Shown here: positions 26,051 to 40,300 of the stretch, in pieces
Layout: each line of letters opens with the position of its first letter
How positions within the stretch are numbered: the first letter of the stretch is position 1
Assembly: GCF_006345805.1 (NCBI RefSeq)
Contig: NC_042999.1
Span: 111,724,001 to 111,788,000 of the forward strand
Direction: 5' to 3'
Source: Octopus sinensis
Lineage: Eukaryota
DNA: 64,000 nucleotides
Position numbers and translations under genes: made by a program
The notes under the pieces: generated by a model
Seen by the model: only the letters and a program-made list of their open reading frames with translations
What the model was told of the DNA's origin: nothing
The model's database searches: none

Positions 26051-27917
26051 CTCACATACATGCATATATGTATATACGCATGCGTCCGTGCATATATTCA
26101 TGTAAATTCATACATATATATTGTAATCCTAGATTTTATTGAACTATCTGGCGAGCATACAATGCTCAATTATAATTAAATAAATTTGTTAGAAGAGATG
26201 AAAATTCGACTGATGATCTCACTGCCCTAGAGACGCTTTACTTCATTACCAGATGAATACGTGCATACGTTTATACATACATACATAGAGGTATACATAC
26301 AGACAGACAGGTAGAGAGACAGACAGGCGGAAAGATAGACAGACAGTCAGGTAGACAGGCAGGCAGGCAGGCAGGCAAGCAGATAAGCAGACAGTGTATG
26401 TGTCTGTGTGTGAGAGTATGGGTGTCTAAAATCTTTAATATTATTAATTAGATGTCAACTATTACAAACTTTCAGGTGATAATTAATGAGGTGTAGCTAA
26501 ATTATTCTGAGATATTCATATTAAGATAACACACACACACACGCAACTACACATATATACGCATTCACACGTATGCATATACAGGGTTACATATATGCAT
26601 ATATATACACACATACATACACACATATACACATATATGTGCATGTGTGCATGTGTATGTATATATGTATGACATGGTATGATATGCCCAGTCGTATGCA
26701 AATTCTGGCTGCATCATTCAGCTCGTCTTTTTCACCGAAGTTGTTCATGACGTTGTTGTTGTTGTGATGCAATTCATGTAATTTATGTTACATACAATAG
26801 GGCCTCATGTACTAATACAGTACATTGAGAAATTTCGACTAACGAACATTATGACTGCATCTAGTAGTTAAAATCTTTGTGTGTATGTACGTTCTCCAAG
26901 TTTCATTTTTAAATGTTTGATGGCAGCAAACAATGCTCTTACATTAGCATTTAGGGCATTAACTAGAAAGACATGAACGTAAATATACAAGCAAACATTG
27001 TATGTTTGGTTTATGAATTTGTACACTTGCTTACGGTTCTTTTTTATGCGTACCAATATATACCAAAATAGGTGCGATTTAGTGTCCTCATTCAACTAAA
27101 ACATTAACACTGTATCAAATGTTCCCAGAAGATTCTTTCAGTATCCTGGTGAGACAGTATTATTTCATAGACGAATTGAAAAGCATTTTAATGAGTTGCA
27201 ACGTCAAATCCATCATAAATGCGGGCGGAAAATAGCGACCAACCGTTCAAATTGGCTTTCTCACTGTTCGAAAAGAACTTAAGATATTACAACAGCCGCT
27301 ACTAAAATTAACACTACAAATATTGACCTCGCCCAAGGCTATTAGATAGAGACCAGTATCCACAATCAAGTGAATTTTCTAATAAAAAATATATAACCTG
27401 CTAAAACTACTTTTATGAAAAGTTAATTTAATTAAATTCAATAAATATTCTATTCTTTTATTGCATGACTAGATCACCTTAAACAGTGAAAACCGGTAGC
27501 ATAAAATCATAAAAACGCACATTTTTCCCTTTTTTTAACTTATAAAGGTCTCAAACGATTTTTTCCATTTATCCTTTAAATAAATTTACTCGTGGGAAAA
27601 CCTTTTCACTATATGTGTGTTAAGGAGGATAGAGAGGGAAAGAGAGGAAGATTGATATAAATATAGATATAGATATGCGAACATATCCATACATGCATAC
27701 ACTCATACATGCATGCATTTATACACACATGTGCAGGGTGGCAACACACACACACATATTAGGTAGCTAGATTGAAAGAATACCTGTTCACATGCAAACA
27801 CACAAATACACACAAACATACACCTCTCGAAAGCTCTGTAAATTTTTCTTTATTATTCTTGGAAAATCTTTGATACATAGGTGTGTGTGTGTGTGTGTGT
27901 GTGTTGTGTGTGTGTGT

Positions 27918-27955
<38 letters not shown>

Positions 27956-28162
27956 TTGTGTGTGAGTCTGCATGCTTTGTATATTTGCATAACTACGTAT
28001 TTAGAATGACTCATACATATACATAATTAAATGTATACATCCCTATACATACACGTACATACATTCATATACACATATTAACCATGCATAGATACGTATC
28101 TACAATAAGCATATATACACGCATACATGAATATACACATGCATACACTCATATATATACAC

Positions 28163-28219
<57 letters not shown>

Positions 28220-28753
28220 TAACTACATATGAACGTAATGTAAGTTCTTGCCAATGTATATGCACTTAAAAACAATTTAAGACAAGTTAAACGAATATTA
28301 CTGCTTACCAATTTGATTACGTTTTTCTAAATAGCTTTTTAATTTGATTTTTGTTGTTGTTGTTAATATCGTACAGCGTCTCCCCACTTCTTCTGTCACT
28401 TGTCATACGACAAGTAAATTATTCTATCCCAGCATGCAATATCATCTCACCATCTACGAGTTAGAACCTGAGAAGTAGAATCTCTTGTGATCTAGTTGAT
28501 ATCATTAACTCTTGTCTATCGTTTGTCAATCTTTGGGCCTGACAGCTTTGTCTAACTCTTCGTGTGAATTGCTTCTCTCGACGTATGCTTTGTGTGCGTA
28601 TGACTCTTCTCCGAGTAAGGATTTGTGTGCGTGCGTATGTGTATACAAACTTCTATACTGATGCAAACCAATCTATGTCTAAAATGTGCATGGATATGTA
28701 CTTCTTTATTTATCTACTTACCTACCTACCTACATACCTACTTATCTACCCAC

Positions 28754-28782
<29 letters not shown>

Positions 28783-28787
<5 letters not shown>

Positions 28788-29060
28788 CAAGTTTCAGGCA
28801 TTAGACTGCCCCCATGCTGGAGCCTCGACTTGAAGGTAAAAAATATGGAACACTTCATGAATTTGCGTTTCATTTTGAGCAGGAACCACGCTAATCTTCA
28901 ATTTATCGTTCAAATTTTATAATACGTACTACAGTAGCTAGCGCAATTTATCTATGTGTGTGTGTGTGTGTGTTTGTGTTTGTGTGTGCATATGTGTGCG
29001 TGTGTGAGCATTATACAAATCCATAAATATCGCTTTGGATACGCCTTGCATATGCATGAT

Positions 29061-29094
<34 letters not shown>

Positions 29095-29291
29095 TGTATC
29101 TATGTATATTGTTATATTTCAGGATGGTCACTGTTTCTTGCCAAAATACACAGGCACTATGTGTTCGTTCTTCACTCGAATATAAAATCCGTGTGTTTAT
29201 TTGACAAGAAAAGATGACCAGCCCGAAATATAACAATATCTGTTTCGACACACGACTTCACATTAGGAATCTTGCAAAACAATATATATAT

Positions 29292-29328
<37 letters not shown>

Positions 29329-29715
29329 TACAAGTTTCAGGCATTAGACTGCCCCCATGCTGGAGCCTCGACTTGAAGGTAAAAAATATGGAACACTTCA
29401 TGAATTTGCGTTTCATTTTGAGCAGGAACCACGCTAATCTTCAATTTATCGTTCAAATTTTATAATACGTACTACAGTAGCTAGCGCAATTTATCTATGT
29501 GTGTGTGTGTGTGTGTTTGTGTTTGTGTGTGCATATGTGTGCGTGTGTGAGCATTATACAAATCCATAAATATCGCTTTGGATACGCCTTGCATATGCAT
29601 GATTATATATGTGTGTGTGTGTGTGTGTTTGTGTTTGTGTGTGCATATGTGTGCGTGTGTGAGCATTATACAAATCCATAAATATCGCTTTGGATACGCC
29701 TTGCATATGCATGAT

Positions 29716-29749
<34 letters not shown>

Positions 29750-29932
29750 TGTATCTATGTATATTGTTATATTTCAGGATGGTCACTGTTTCTTGCCAAA
29801 ATACACAGGCACTATGTGTTCGTTCTTCACTCGAATATAAAATCCGTGTGTTTATTTGACAAGAAAAGATGACCAGCCCGAAATATAACAATATCTGTTT
29901 CGACACACGACTTCACATTAGGAATCTTGCAA

Positions 29933-29940
<8 letters not shown>
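28783..29940. repeat. Near-identical tandem duplication (~500 bp) with a nested ~112 bp duplication
   Basis: 28783-29283 recurs at ~29326-29940; breakpoints lie in (TA)n/(TG)n. Confidence 0.9.
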
Positions 29941-29967
<27 letters not shown>

Positions 29968-29972
<5 letters not shown>

Positions 29973-31264
29973 GGTCATCTCATAAATAATGCAGTTTTTC
30001 AATTGCATGAACTAAATTCGGAGTAGGGCGGGATAAACCACTTGCATCTCATCTTCTTGCTATAAAAGCAGGTAGTAATTTTACCTTGGTCTTATTCTTA
30101 GTGGAAGTTTTGAAGTGTGCAGTTCGAATTTATCAATTATTTTTCAAAGCCATAATAGAAATGACAAAGGAGTGTATTCGGCATATTTTGCTTCATGAGT
30201 TCAATAAAGACAGCAACGCAATGAAAAATGCGAGTAATATTAATGCAGCATATGGAGATTGGACAATAGGCGTAAGCCAGTGTCAATGGTAGTTCCAGAA
30301 ATTCCTAACCGGAAACTACAGCCTAGAAGACGAGCCTTGTTCTGGAAGATCTGTAGAGCTCGACGAGGACGTCCTGCAAACCCTAGGAGAATAAATTCCC
30401 ATCGTTATCTTTTGAGGAACTAGCAGAGAGCTTCGATTTGGTTATTCAACCTTTCATCGATACCTGCGTACCATCGGAAAAATCAGCAAATTGGATCAAT
30501 GGGTTCCTCTCAAACTTTCCTAGTCTAATAGCGCGCAGAGAGTAAATGTGTGATCTTCTTTGCTGTCACATCTCACGAATAAACCTTTTCGCGACTGAAT
30601 AGTGGTTGGTGACGAGAAATGGGTTCCCTATAAAAATGTCAAGCGCTGAAGAGAGCGGGTAGGAAAAGGGGGAACATTGGCAACCCAGGCTAAAGAAGAT
30701 CATCACCAACGTAAGCTATTGTTAACTGTTTGGTGGGATATAAAAGGTTTAGTTCACTTTTGAACTTTTAAACTCAAACCAAACGAAAGCAATAGAAATC
30801 TTCTGCGAGTAGCTTGAGCGGCTCAAGTCGGCGCTAGAAGGAAAATTACCATTTTTTTGCTTCAAGGCGAAAGGTGTTCTTCCATCAGGAAAATGCTCGA
30901 CTACATACATCGAGGATGATATTCCAAAGGCTGGAGCAGTTTCAATGGGAAACGATGCCCCAGCTACCATATTCGGCGGATATTGTTCCATCTGATTATC
31001 ATTTATTCCGCAGTCTTCAAAATCATTTGGACGGGAAAAAAAGATGAATTCTGTAGAAGACGGTCAGAACTGTATAGAAGGAATATTTTTCGTCACAGAC
31101 AAGTGAATTTTGGAAAGGGGCCTTGCAAGTATATTAGGTAGATGGGAGAGCATTGTAGAAAATGAATGAGAGTATATTTTAGTTTAAAAATTAAATTTAT
31201 TTATCTTAATTTTGAAACATAAAAGAAGTATAAAAAACTATATTAGATATGAGATGGCCCAATA
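29968..31264 (+). mobile_element. Full-length decayed mariner transposon (~1.3 kb), transposase pseudogene
   Basis: TIRs tacagggtcatctcataaataatgc / tattagatatgagatggcccaata with TA ends; IRHILLHEF, LEDEPCSGR, WVP, GDEKW, YSADIVPSDYHLF motifs; stops and frameshifts. Confidence 0.92.
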
Positions 31265-31277
31265 ATAATAATATATT

Positions 31278-31430
31278 CTTTTATTCTGTTTTTCTTCTAC
31301 TTGTGTCATGGAGCACTGCCTTTAGTAGAACAAATCGACCACAGGATCTATTCTTTGTAAGCCTAATACTTATTCGATCGGAATGTTTTGCCGAATCACT
31401 AAGTTACGGTGACGTAAGCACACCAACATC
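31278..31430 (-). mobile_element. SINE family A 3' fragment
   Basis: Reverse complement of the family A tail (ttctttgtaagcctaatacttattc...ttttgccgaa). Confidence 0.75.
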
Positions 31431-31719
31431 GGTGTCAATCGATGGTGGGTGTGGGGACAAACACAAACACAGAATTCATTCTAAATATGCAGTTTAGATT
31501 AATTTATTCTTTCGTGGGACAACCTGATTTATAATGAGTAATATTTCAAAAAACTAGAGGAGGCCTACTCAAGTTTGATTTTGATTATGCTGATAAGAGT
31601 GTATTTTCTTATACTTTGAGTTTCCTATCTTTTTACCCCGCTGTTTTTCTTTGTTGGTCTCTCATTCTCTACATATATATTGCTCGCTCCTTGCTCTCCA
31701 TATAATGTTCTCTCTCCCT

Positions 31720-31759
<40 letters not shown>

Positions 31760-31968
31760 GTCCTTCTCTGTCTCTATCCTTCTCTTCCTCTCTGACTATT
31801 GATACTCCTTATTTCTGAATCTCTCATTCTCTCTTGCCCTCTTATTGCTGCTTCATTCTTCCTCTCATATTCATTCTTGTGATTTTACTTTCTTTTTCTT
31901 TCTAGTATTCTCTCTTTCTTATTACCCATTTCTTTTCTTTTATCTTCCTCTCTCCTTATATCTCCATT

Positions 31969-32015
<47 letters not shown>

Positions 32016-34796
32016 ACTCTTTCTCTCTCCTTCTCATTCTTCGTTTATACGTCTCATCTGTTCTTCTTTCTATTGCTCAATGTTCTTTTTCTTTTCCAAA
32101 TCTTTCACTATTGCACTGTCTCACCCGCTCTGTCTTTCTATCGTTATATTTCTCTCCTTTTTTCTCACTTTCATGTTATCTCTCTCTCTCTTTGTCTCTT
32201 TCCCCTTTGTAGCTCTCATTTATGCTATCTCATTTCTTTCTTCCTTCTCGTTTTATCTCTCCCTATCTACATAGTAGGGGTGAATTATGGAAAAAGAAAC
32301 GAAATACAGATAAATCTACACACATATACCACCCACGTACGCAGGCACACAATAATAGCGGGGAAGAGAAGAAGCGAGAGGAGAGACAGAGGTGAAAATG
32401 TAAATGCAGACATCTAACTGATTGAGGTTAAACTGCTTTGTTCTGGAGAGTTCCAATATCACATATAATTCTTCCTCGAGCAACTTGGCGTGTGTTAGTT
32501 ACTCGATACAAAGAAAACCTAGAAAAAAATACATATAATAATAATAAACGAATCTGATTTACATCATATTAATTATGGCGATTGGTAGATGAAACTTCTG
32601 TTGTCGATGGAAACTTTGGTGAAAGAATATCATCAAATACAAAGTAGTGAGTTCTTAGACTGCTTTTTTTTTAAATATTCATAATTTATTTATTCTATAG
32701 TTCTGAATACTCGATGTTAGTAATCACCATGTTCTTGAAGATTTCTCTCCTTCGACTCTACTTTTTTTTCTGCTGTCTTGTTTACATTTTCCCATATCAC
32801 TGTTGGTTTGATAGGTGTATAATAGAGTCTCATTTCGGCTGTCTCAGTCCTTGTTGGATGCTTTTAATAAAAATTGAATTCATGGATGTCATGCCGTGTC
32901 TATTGCAGTTAGATCACGCATATCTAAATATTTATTGCTCCTTTTCACCGCAACTGTTTATCACTAACTTTGTCATGGACCTCACTTTGATCTACTTTTC
33001 AATTAGCCATTGATCAAATTTAACTACTTCACTGCACAATCTTCTTTAACTCTGTCCAGACCACTACTCAACTTCAATTATATCTACTTACTTCTGACTA
33101 CAGGATGCGAAACGACTTATGGCCACCATTTATGTGATCAATTTATCACCAGCTGTTATAACCACCAACATTAATTATTACCAGTGACATTTTTTACCCT
33201 TTTGCACTTAATTGCAAAAGTTTAGCACTTCTTAGATTACATTTAATTTTATCCCACTTTTACCTTAATTACAATAATTCGCAAACTTAAATAAGTTAAT
33301 GTACCCTGGACAGAAAAGAATTTTTTCCGAGTAAAGCCCTTCGAAACATATTGCTACTATTAACATTTCAGTTTCTCTACCCGAACGAGGCTTTTACTCG
33401 AAGCGTCAATACCGTCTTCAACCCATGTTATACTAACGTATCCGATGACGTAAATCACTACTATATTCCCTGGAGTTTAATTATGGCATCCTACCAAATC
33501 TCTACATTATTTTGACCAGATCTGGATTAATAATTAAATAATGTATGCACATGCTTTGGGTACAAGAGGTCTTCGCAGGTTCTTTTCCACGACCGGATTT
33601 GCTATGGTGTAAATGGTAAATTATAAAAACTACTTTTATAAAGAATAAAGCATTCTTGAAATTTTATTTTATTTATTTATTTATCAATTTTGTCGATTTT
33701 ACTTAAGTAAGTTATTTTCTTATATTGTTGACTGCACTTTGGTGTCAAATTAATTTATAAAAATGGCAAGTAATATCTAATACGAAAACTGAATTTTTTC
33801 AGTCTATCGTTTTACATTCAGCATTTATTTAGTCTTGTTAGTTAAACTCTGGCTCTGTTTTGATGCTTGTTACTTTTTGCACATTTTTTTAATATCGACA
33901 GTTCAGTTCCGATTAACACTGAGCTTAATTATTGAGAAAAGGTTTTCTTTTAACTTTCATTTATTCAGGTCGTCGACTCAGCAACAGAATTTTGTTCTCG
34001 ACAGATAAGGGCAATGAATTAATATGTCGTGTACAATATAAGCACTATTAGTTAAAGGATTGCAAAATAAATTTTGTCTTTTTCAGAAGAGACCGCTCTG
34101 CATACACACATATATACACAAACACACGTGCGCGCACATACACACAACATACAGCTCTCTGTCTATTTATATGTACAGCATTCATATAAAGCTCAAATTG
34201 AACCATTACTCATGAAATTTCATATCATTTATTAACCTTAAGATATTTATATTTTTCATTCCTTTTTTTATTTTTGCTGTTCCTTCTGGTTTTATATAAT
34301 TTTGAAGAAAGCTTCGTTTCTCTGTCTATACTACAGAACCATTTATTATTAATTTATTTTCAATTCTACGTAGCTATTTTAGACGCAATTAATATTTGTG
34401 TAGGTATTTGATTACAAATTCTACATTGATAATAATAATTTATTAGTTGTTATAAATGAGCATTACTTTATCTCAGACAGCGTGAAATTCAATAACTTCC
34501 AATTCTGTAAGAATTCAAATATGTTATTGCGTTCAAATGAAAACAATATTGTCCATAAAATTGTCGCTTGTGAGTGCAGTGTAACTTCGCTTTTAAGTTG
34601 AAAAGAAAATATTTATCAGACACCTGTCATTGGATAGTATAAATTTCCAATGATAAAAATCATTTATTCAAGATGGAATACATAAATAATGTTGTTGCTA
34701 TTATTGCTTATCCTCACTTCCGCATTGATTGGAGAGGCCTAGGATCAAAAGCTTTTCAACTGTGATAACCCAGTCTTTTGATACAAATAGAAGCAA

Positions 34797-34950
34797 GGAA
34801 TTCCGCCGAGGTCGACTTTACCTTTCATCCTTTCGGGGTCGATTACATAAGTACCAGTTACGCACTGGGGTCGTTATAATCGACTTAATCCGTTTGTCTG
34901 TCCTTGTTTGTCCCCTCTGTGTAGCCCTTTGTGGGCAGTAAAGAAATAAG
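34797..34950 (+). mobile_element. SINE family B fragment
   Basis: aattccgccgaggtcgactt...aagtaccagttacgcactggggtcg. Confidence 0.8.
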
Positions 34951-35177
34951 AAGCAAGGTAACGGTTTGGTAGAATGCTTTGCAATAACCAGATAGAATGC
35001 TTTGCAATAACCATTCCAGCTCTGTGCACCCTCAGTTTAAGTATATTTGGTGTCAACTTTGCTTTTCACAATATGAAACATTCTGTTTTGTTTTTTACTT
35101 CTTTTTTTTTCTATTGTACGCACGTGGCCTGAAATCTTTTTTTGTGAAAGAGGCTAGACGAATGCATAGAAACTAGT

Positions 35178-35320
35178 ACACAGCTGGTACTTATTTGATC
35201 AACACCGGAAGTATAAAAGACAGAGTGAGCCTGTGCAACATTTGAACTCAGAACGTAAAGTCGGGGCAAATACTGTTAAGTATTTTGTCCGGCGTACAAT
35301 CGATTCTGTCACCTCGTCCT
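35178..35320 (-). mobile_element. SINE family B, degenerate
   Basis: ctggtacttattt...atttgaactcagaacgtaa. Confidence 0.65.
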
Positions 35321-35789
35321 CTTTCCCAATATGAAATTTTACTAGCTTCTTAGTTTTTCAGATATTTAATTGAAATAATTCTCATCATATAAACAAATAT
35401 AATTTACTAAATCCTATAATTACTTTTGAAGAAGAATTAACACTAATCGATGAAACCATTAGGAGTGGAATCAATATTACTTCTATAGAAGAACGGTGAA
35501 TGGCACAACCAGGGAAGCGTAGGATAAAAAAAACTTAGTTATTTAGTTTTGTCGCCTTGTTTTCAGTCCATTTTTCCAAGATTTGTTTTTATTTTCATCT
35601 TTAAGGCGTCGAAAATGTAAAGTACTAAGCAAGTACATCGACTGTACTTCACACCTCTATCATTTATGATGTTCTCCCGCTGCAAGAAAGCATTCTGTTT
35701 ATTGGGTACAGCGTATTTCAAATCGGTCTTGTGCTTAAATTTGAAGTCGGAAGCGTTTTGCTTTTGCATATAGCGTTTAATTGTAGGTG

Positions 35790-35895
35790 GGCCTAAGGCT
35801 ATAGTAGAAAACACTTGCTCAGAGTATCATGCAGAGGGACTGAATGTGGAACCATGTGGTTAGGAAGCAAACTTCTCAACTACACAGTCATTCTT
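35790..35895 (-). mobile_element. SINE family A 5' fragment
   Basis: ggctatagtagaaaacacttgc...gggactgaatgtggaaccatgtggtt. Confidence 0.7.
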
Positions 35896-37716
35896 GCACC
35901 TATTGTGTGTGTGTGTGTGTGTGTGCGTTTACATTTTTTGTTAAATCGAGTATTGTGTCCCACTATGTCTCAAAGGTAGCATTTCATCAAACAGAGATAT
36001 ATAAAATAAATGCCAGATTGAAATGCGCACTGAGGTCAGTATGATCAATTAAAGTTTTGAAAGTGATACCCATCATGGTGGCAGTCGAAAGGCTAAACCC
36101 AGTAAAATAATGTTTAAAAATTTAGTGACTTCAGATTTAAGGTAATGAATTACTAACCACAAGATAATGAATTCAAAACTTCGTATTTGAACTTCCACTC
36201 CATACGATAACACTATATGTACATCTCAGTCTTCTTACATCCAGCAATTAAGAATTGTAATTTGAAGTTGAATAGTTAGCAGTAAGAAAGATGTCCAGAT
36301 TTCTTTTTAAATTATTGTGCAAAATATTCTGAGAAACTTTTTTTTTTACCACAACAAAACACACACACAGTGGTAACTTAAGCTACTACAAATAGCATCC
36401 AAATCTCTCTTAAGACACACCCTTCTATCAAAATAAAAGCACAGATTTACAGTATTTCAGGAAGAAGAACCGAATGCGATGGATCTACTACAAGAGAGGC
36501 TACTCTGTGCTAAACAAAACACAGACAAACATACTTCACATTTAAAGATTATCTACTAAATAATACAAGTAAAGTTGACGGTATATCTTCGAAGTTTCAT
36601 TCCCTGCTAAAATTCCATGTATTTTAAACATGTTCCCATTATGTTCTATATAAGACAAAGATTGTTCAGGCTGAGTTGCTTTCCTTAGCTAATGACCGCG
36701 AAATTATACGATCCGGCCTCGTTTTCGAGGTTATTTTTGTAGTAAAAAAGAGTTGTTGTACAAAAAAAAAAAAATGATTTGGTAGCCGAAAGATTACTGA
36801 ATCTTTTGATACCTCATACGTCAAAATCGGCAACACAGTTTTCGAATCCATAGGGAACATACGCGCGCACACACACACATACACACACGCACACAAACAC
36901 ACACAAACTCTGTTTTATGTATTAAGTTATGTGCGAGTTGACAAGCATTTGTATCCTGTTTCTAGTAGGTTGTAGGACCTCGATCGCTCACCCGCGATTG
37001 TTTCTGAAGTTACATAAACGATTCATTGGACCCTGTCTCTGTACTTGAGATATACACATATAGGGATACTTGAACTAATTTTGATATTTGGTTTCAAGAT
37101 TTGCGAGTTAACTGGAAAAACGACGTAAAACGAAAGAATATTTTGTTTTAGTTATCAATACTAATGCTTAAAAAATGTTTTGTGCATATTTTTACATGTT
37201 TTGTATTCGATTTTTCCATTTCAGTAAGGGTGTTTTAGGTGCTTTTGTAATTTTCTGCTTTTAAATATATTCGCTGAAACCGACAAAACGTCGAAAAAGA
37301 GGTAACTCGAATGAAAGTAAGTTATGATATGCCTATATTTCTAATTTCATAAAAGAAAGTTACTTAAAAGTATTTTCCAAATGAAGGGTAAACAGATTAA
37401 TCTAGTATTGAAACTAGGACGGATTCAGCTTGCCAAAATATTCTGAATGGAAATTTCTTTTATCTGCTTTCGAAGTTTGTCATATAACTAACAAACACAA
37501 ACACAAACACACGCACAAGCACACGCACACAAGCACACACACACATCTGCACCTTTTCTCGTGCACATTCACACACGTACATGCTCACGCACAAATGTAT
37601 GCACGTATATACAAGTACAAAACATACATATATATATATATCCCATTCCAGATGTAGTTGACGTTTTTATTGTTGATGGTCTTGTTAATGTTGATACTCC
37701 TACAATTTGTATCACC

Positions 37717-37750
<34 letters not shown>

Positions 37751-38051
37751 ACAACAGCAACAATAACAACACAAATAGTACTAGTTGTTGTTGTTTTTTA
37801 TGTTGTTACTTCGCTCAAGGACACGCATACTTTAGATTAGTGATGTGTCTGTTTATTAATTGGAGAGGCTCAATTATAGCGAAGTTTTTGGCGGTCTTAC
37901 TTCAACAAAATGTGCTGTAGGAAACTATAGTTAATTGGAAAACAGCCAGAGGTTAAGATCCCTTAATTTGGAAATCCTACTGCATATATATATATATTTA
38001 TACATAAATACATACATAAATATATAAATATGCACATATATATACATATAT

Positions 38052-38141
<90 letters not shown>

Positions 38142-38150
38142 ATGCAGATG

Positions 38151-38197
<47 letters not shown>

Positions 38198-38335
38198 GCA
38201 TCTATTAAAAAAAAATTGTGCGAAGTGAAATCTTATTTTTAAAAAAATGTTTTTAAAAAATTTACACATAGTTAAAATGGAAGCTAACGAGACAAATCAG
38301 CAAAACAAAGAAGGCATATTATGTATGTATATATA

Positions 38336-38400
<65 letters not shown>

Positions 38401-38917
38401 TGTGTGTGTATGTTTGTATGCGTGAATGTATGTATGAATATATATATATATATTATATATATATATATATATATAATACGTTCGCATATACATATGTGTG
38501 TGTTTGTGTATCTGTACATATAAGCATGTATATACACATATAGACACATACACACACATATACATACACGCATGTATGCATATGCATGTTGTTCGTATTT
38601 TTGTGCCTCTGTGTGTAACTGTGTAGTATTTGTGTGTGCAACTGCATGTTAAAGTAAGCGTTGCTTGTTCTAATGTAATATTAACAGGAAATGCTCTGCT
38701 TTGGTTTATACATGAGAATTTGAACTGTAAATGTAATGAAGTGAACATATTCATGCATATTCAAATTGGATCGGGATTAAAGCACTTTAAGGTTGGTAAC
38801 TCCCCAGAGGCAGTGCCCTCACTCACATAAAAATTGCCTACAAATTATTGGACAATTCAGAATATGTTTTTCAAAGATTCTTTCATGATAAAAATACATT
38901 TTTGTTGTGTGTGTCTT

Positions 38918-39250
38918 CTTTTGCTTGTTTCTCTCATTGGAATGCAGCCGTGCTGGGGCACCACCTTGAAAGTTTTAGTGGGAGAAGTTCACCCGTTACT
39001 TACATTTTAAGCGTAGCCTCTTTTACTGAACTGCTAAGCTACAGGGATCTAAACAAACCAACACCGGTTGTCAAGCAGCTGTGCGGGAAAACATTAATAC
39101 AAAGACAGACACACACATAGATATATGCATACGCATACTTACGCGTGCGTATGTCTGTATGTATGTATGTGTGTAAAGTGTGCGTGAGTATGTATCTTTG
39201 CATTTGCTTGTCACCTTCACGACTTTACAACCAATGCTTTTTCTGATTAT
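38918..39250 (-). mobile_element. SINE family A, degenerate
   Basis: gcagccgtgctggggcaccacc...ccggttgtcaagc. Confidence 0.65.
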
Positions 39251-39762
39251 GTTCTCCATAACTTAGCTGTCGGCATATAGGACGACAAAATAAGTATCAG
39301 ATTTTAGAAAAATAAGTACGGGATTGTGGTTTGCGGGCTATTTTTGAGAACTGTGCCCCACTCGTGGGTGTTTCTAAACAAGTCACCCATATTTGTTTCA
39401 TTTTCTCCGTTTTGTGCGTTTTTGCATCCGTAGATTTCTACTGAAGCAACAAACAGGCAATGAAGGCAAGTGAAACCCTCACCAGAAAACTCATTATGCT
39501 AAGTATAACAACTAAATGTCTGGTACACAGAAATATGTTATTAAGATGACTTATCTGTCGCATACTTTTTTTTCACTTTAAGTAAATTCTCTGATAAACG
39601 ATTTTAATAGAAAGGCAGAAGACACCAGAAGCAAAAATAAGGAATATACATGCACAGTTAAATATAGAAGTGTAAAGCATAATTTGTTACATAGTCTCTA
39701 TAATAAACATGATATTGAATGGAATAATTCTCTGTTTGAACTTTTTTAATTACATATACATA

Positions 39763-39797
<35 letters not shown>

Positions 39798-40172
39798 TAG
39801 AAATCTATGGATGCATAAACGCACAAAACGGAGAACATGAAACAAATATGGACGACTTGTTCAGAAACACCTGCGAGTGGGGAACAATTCTCAAAAGTAG
39901 CTCCCAATTGTTCTTCCCCCAATTTCCTATGTCCTCGCAATTTACATAGTCCGAGGTATATTTGTAGAGAATTTCATTAAAATTTTAGTGACATCAGATC
40001 TTGTGAATATGATGAAAACGACCTGTTGTCTCTAAAGCGTCAAAAATTTGATAAAATTGTCTACCGAAGAGATGAAAAGAATTTTTTAATAATTACTCAT
40101 TCTGGAGTTTCCCCCTTTCTCTTATTGGTATACTAATCATTGTGTACAAAAGGTATACGATATATCCCTGCG

Positions 40173-40300
40173 TATGCCTAACCAAAATATTACTATGCCC
40201 CACCAAAATATTACTATGCCCCACCAAAATATTACTATGCCCCACCAAAATATTACTATGCCCCACCAAAATATTACCATGCCCTACCGGTGGGGCATAC
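40173..40300. repeat. 21 bp minisatellite (tatgccccaccaaaatattac, ~5 copies) ending in an inverted ggggcata
   Basis: Direct reading; next to a hAT-like end gttgggaatca. Confidence 0.85.

Noticed and set aside
26195-26250. CTGATGA TCTC...GAGA
   Set aside because: No GAAA, stem III or stem I
29205-29275. gaaa-containing stem-like motif in the duplicated unit
   Set aside because: No recognisable core or consistent stems on either strand
33375-33480. Two very degenerate HHR-like strings (ccgaacga..ctcgaagcgtc; ccgatga..ccctgga)
   Set aside because: Too many core changes and no stem I pairing
36968-37045. Apparently split and inverted HHR (ccaatga..gaaacaatcgcgg / ggttgtaggacc)
   Set aside because: Needs several assumed mutations and a rearrangement; cannot be supported without a consensus
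40173-40300. 21-bp repeat as a CRISPR array
   Set aside because: No spacers; eukaryotic context; simple minisatellite
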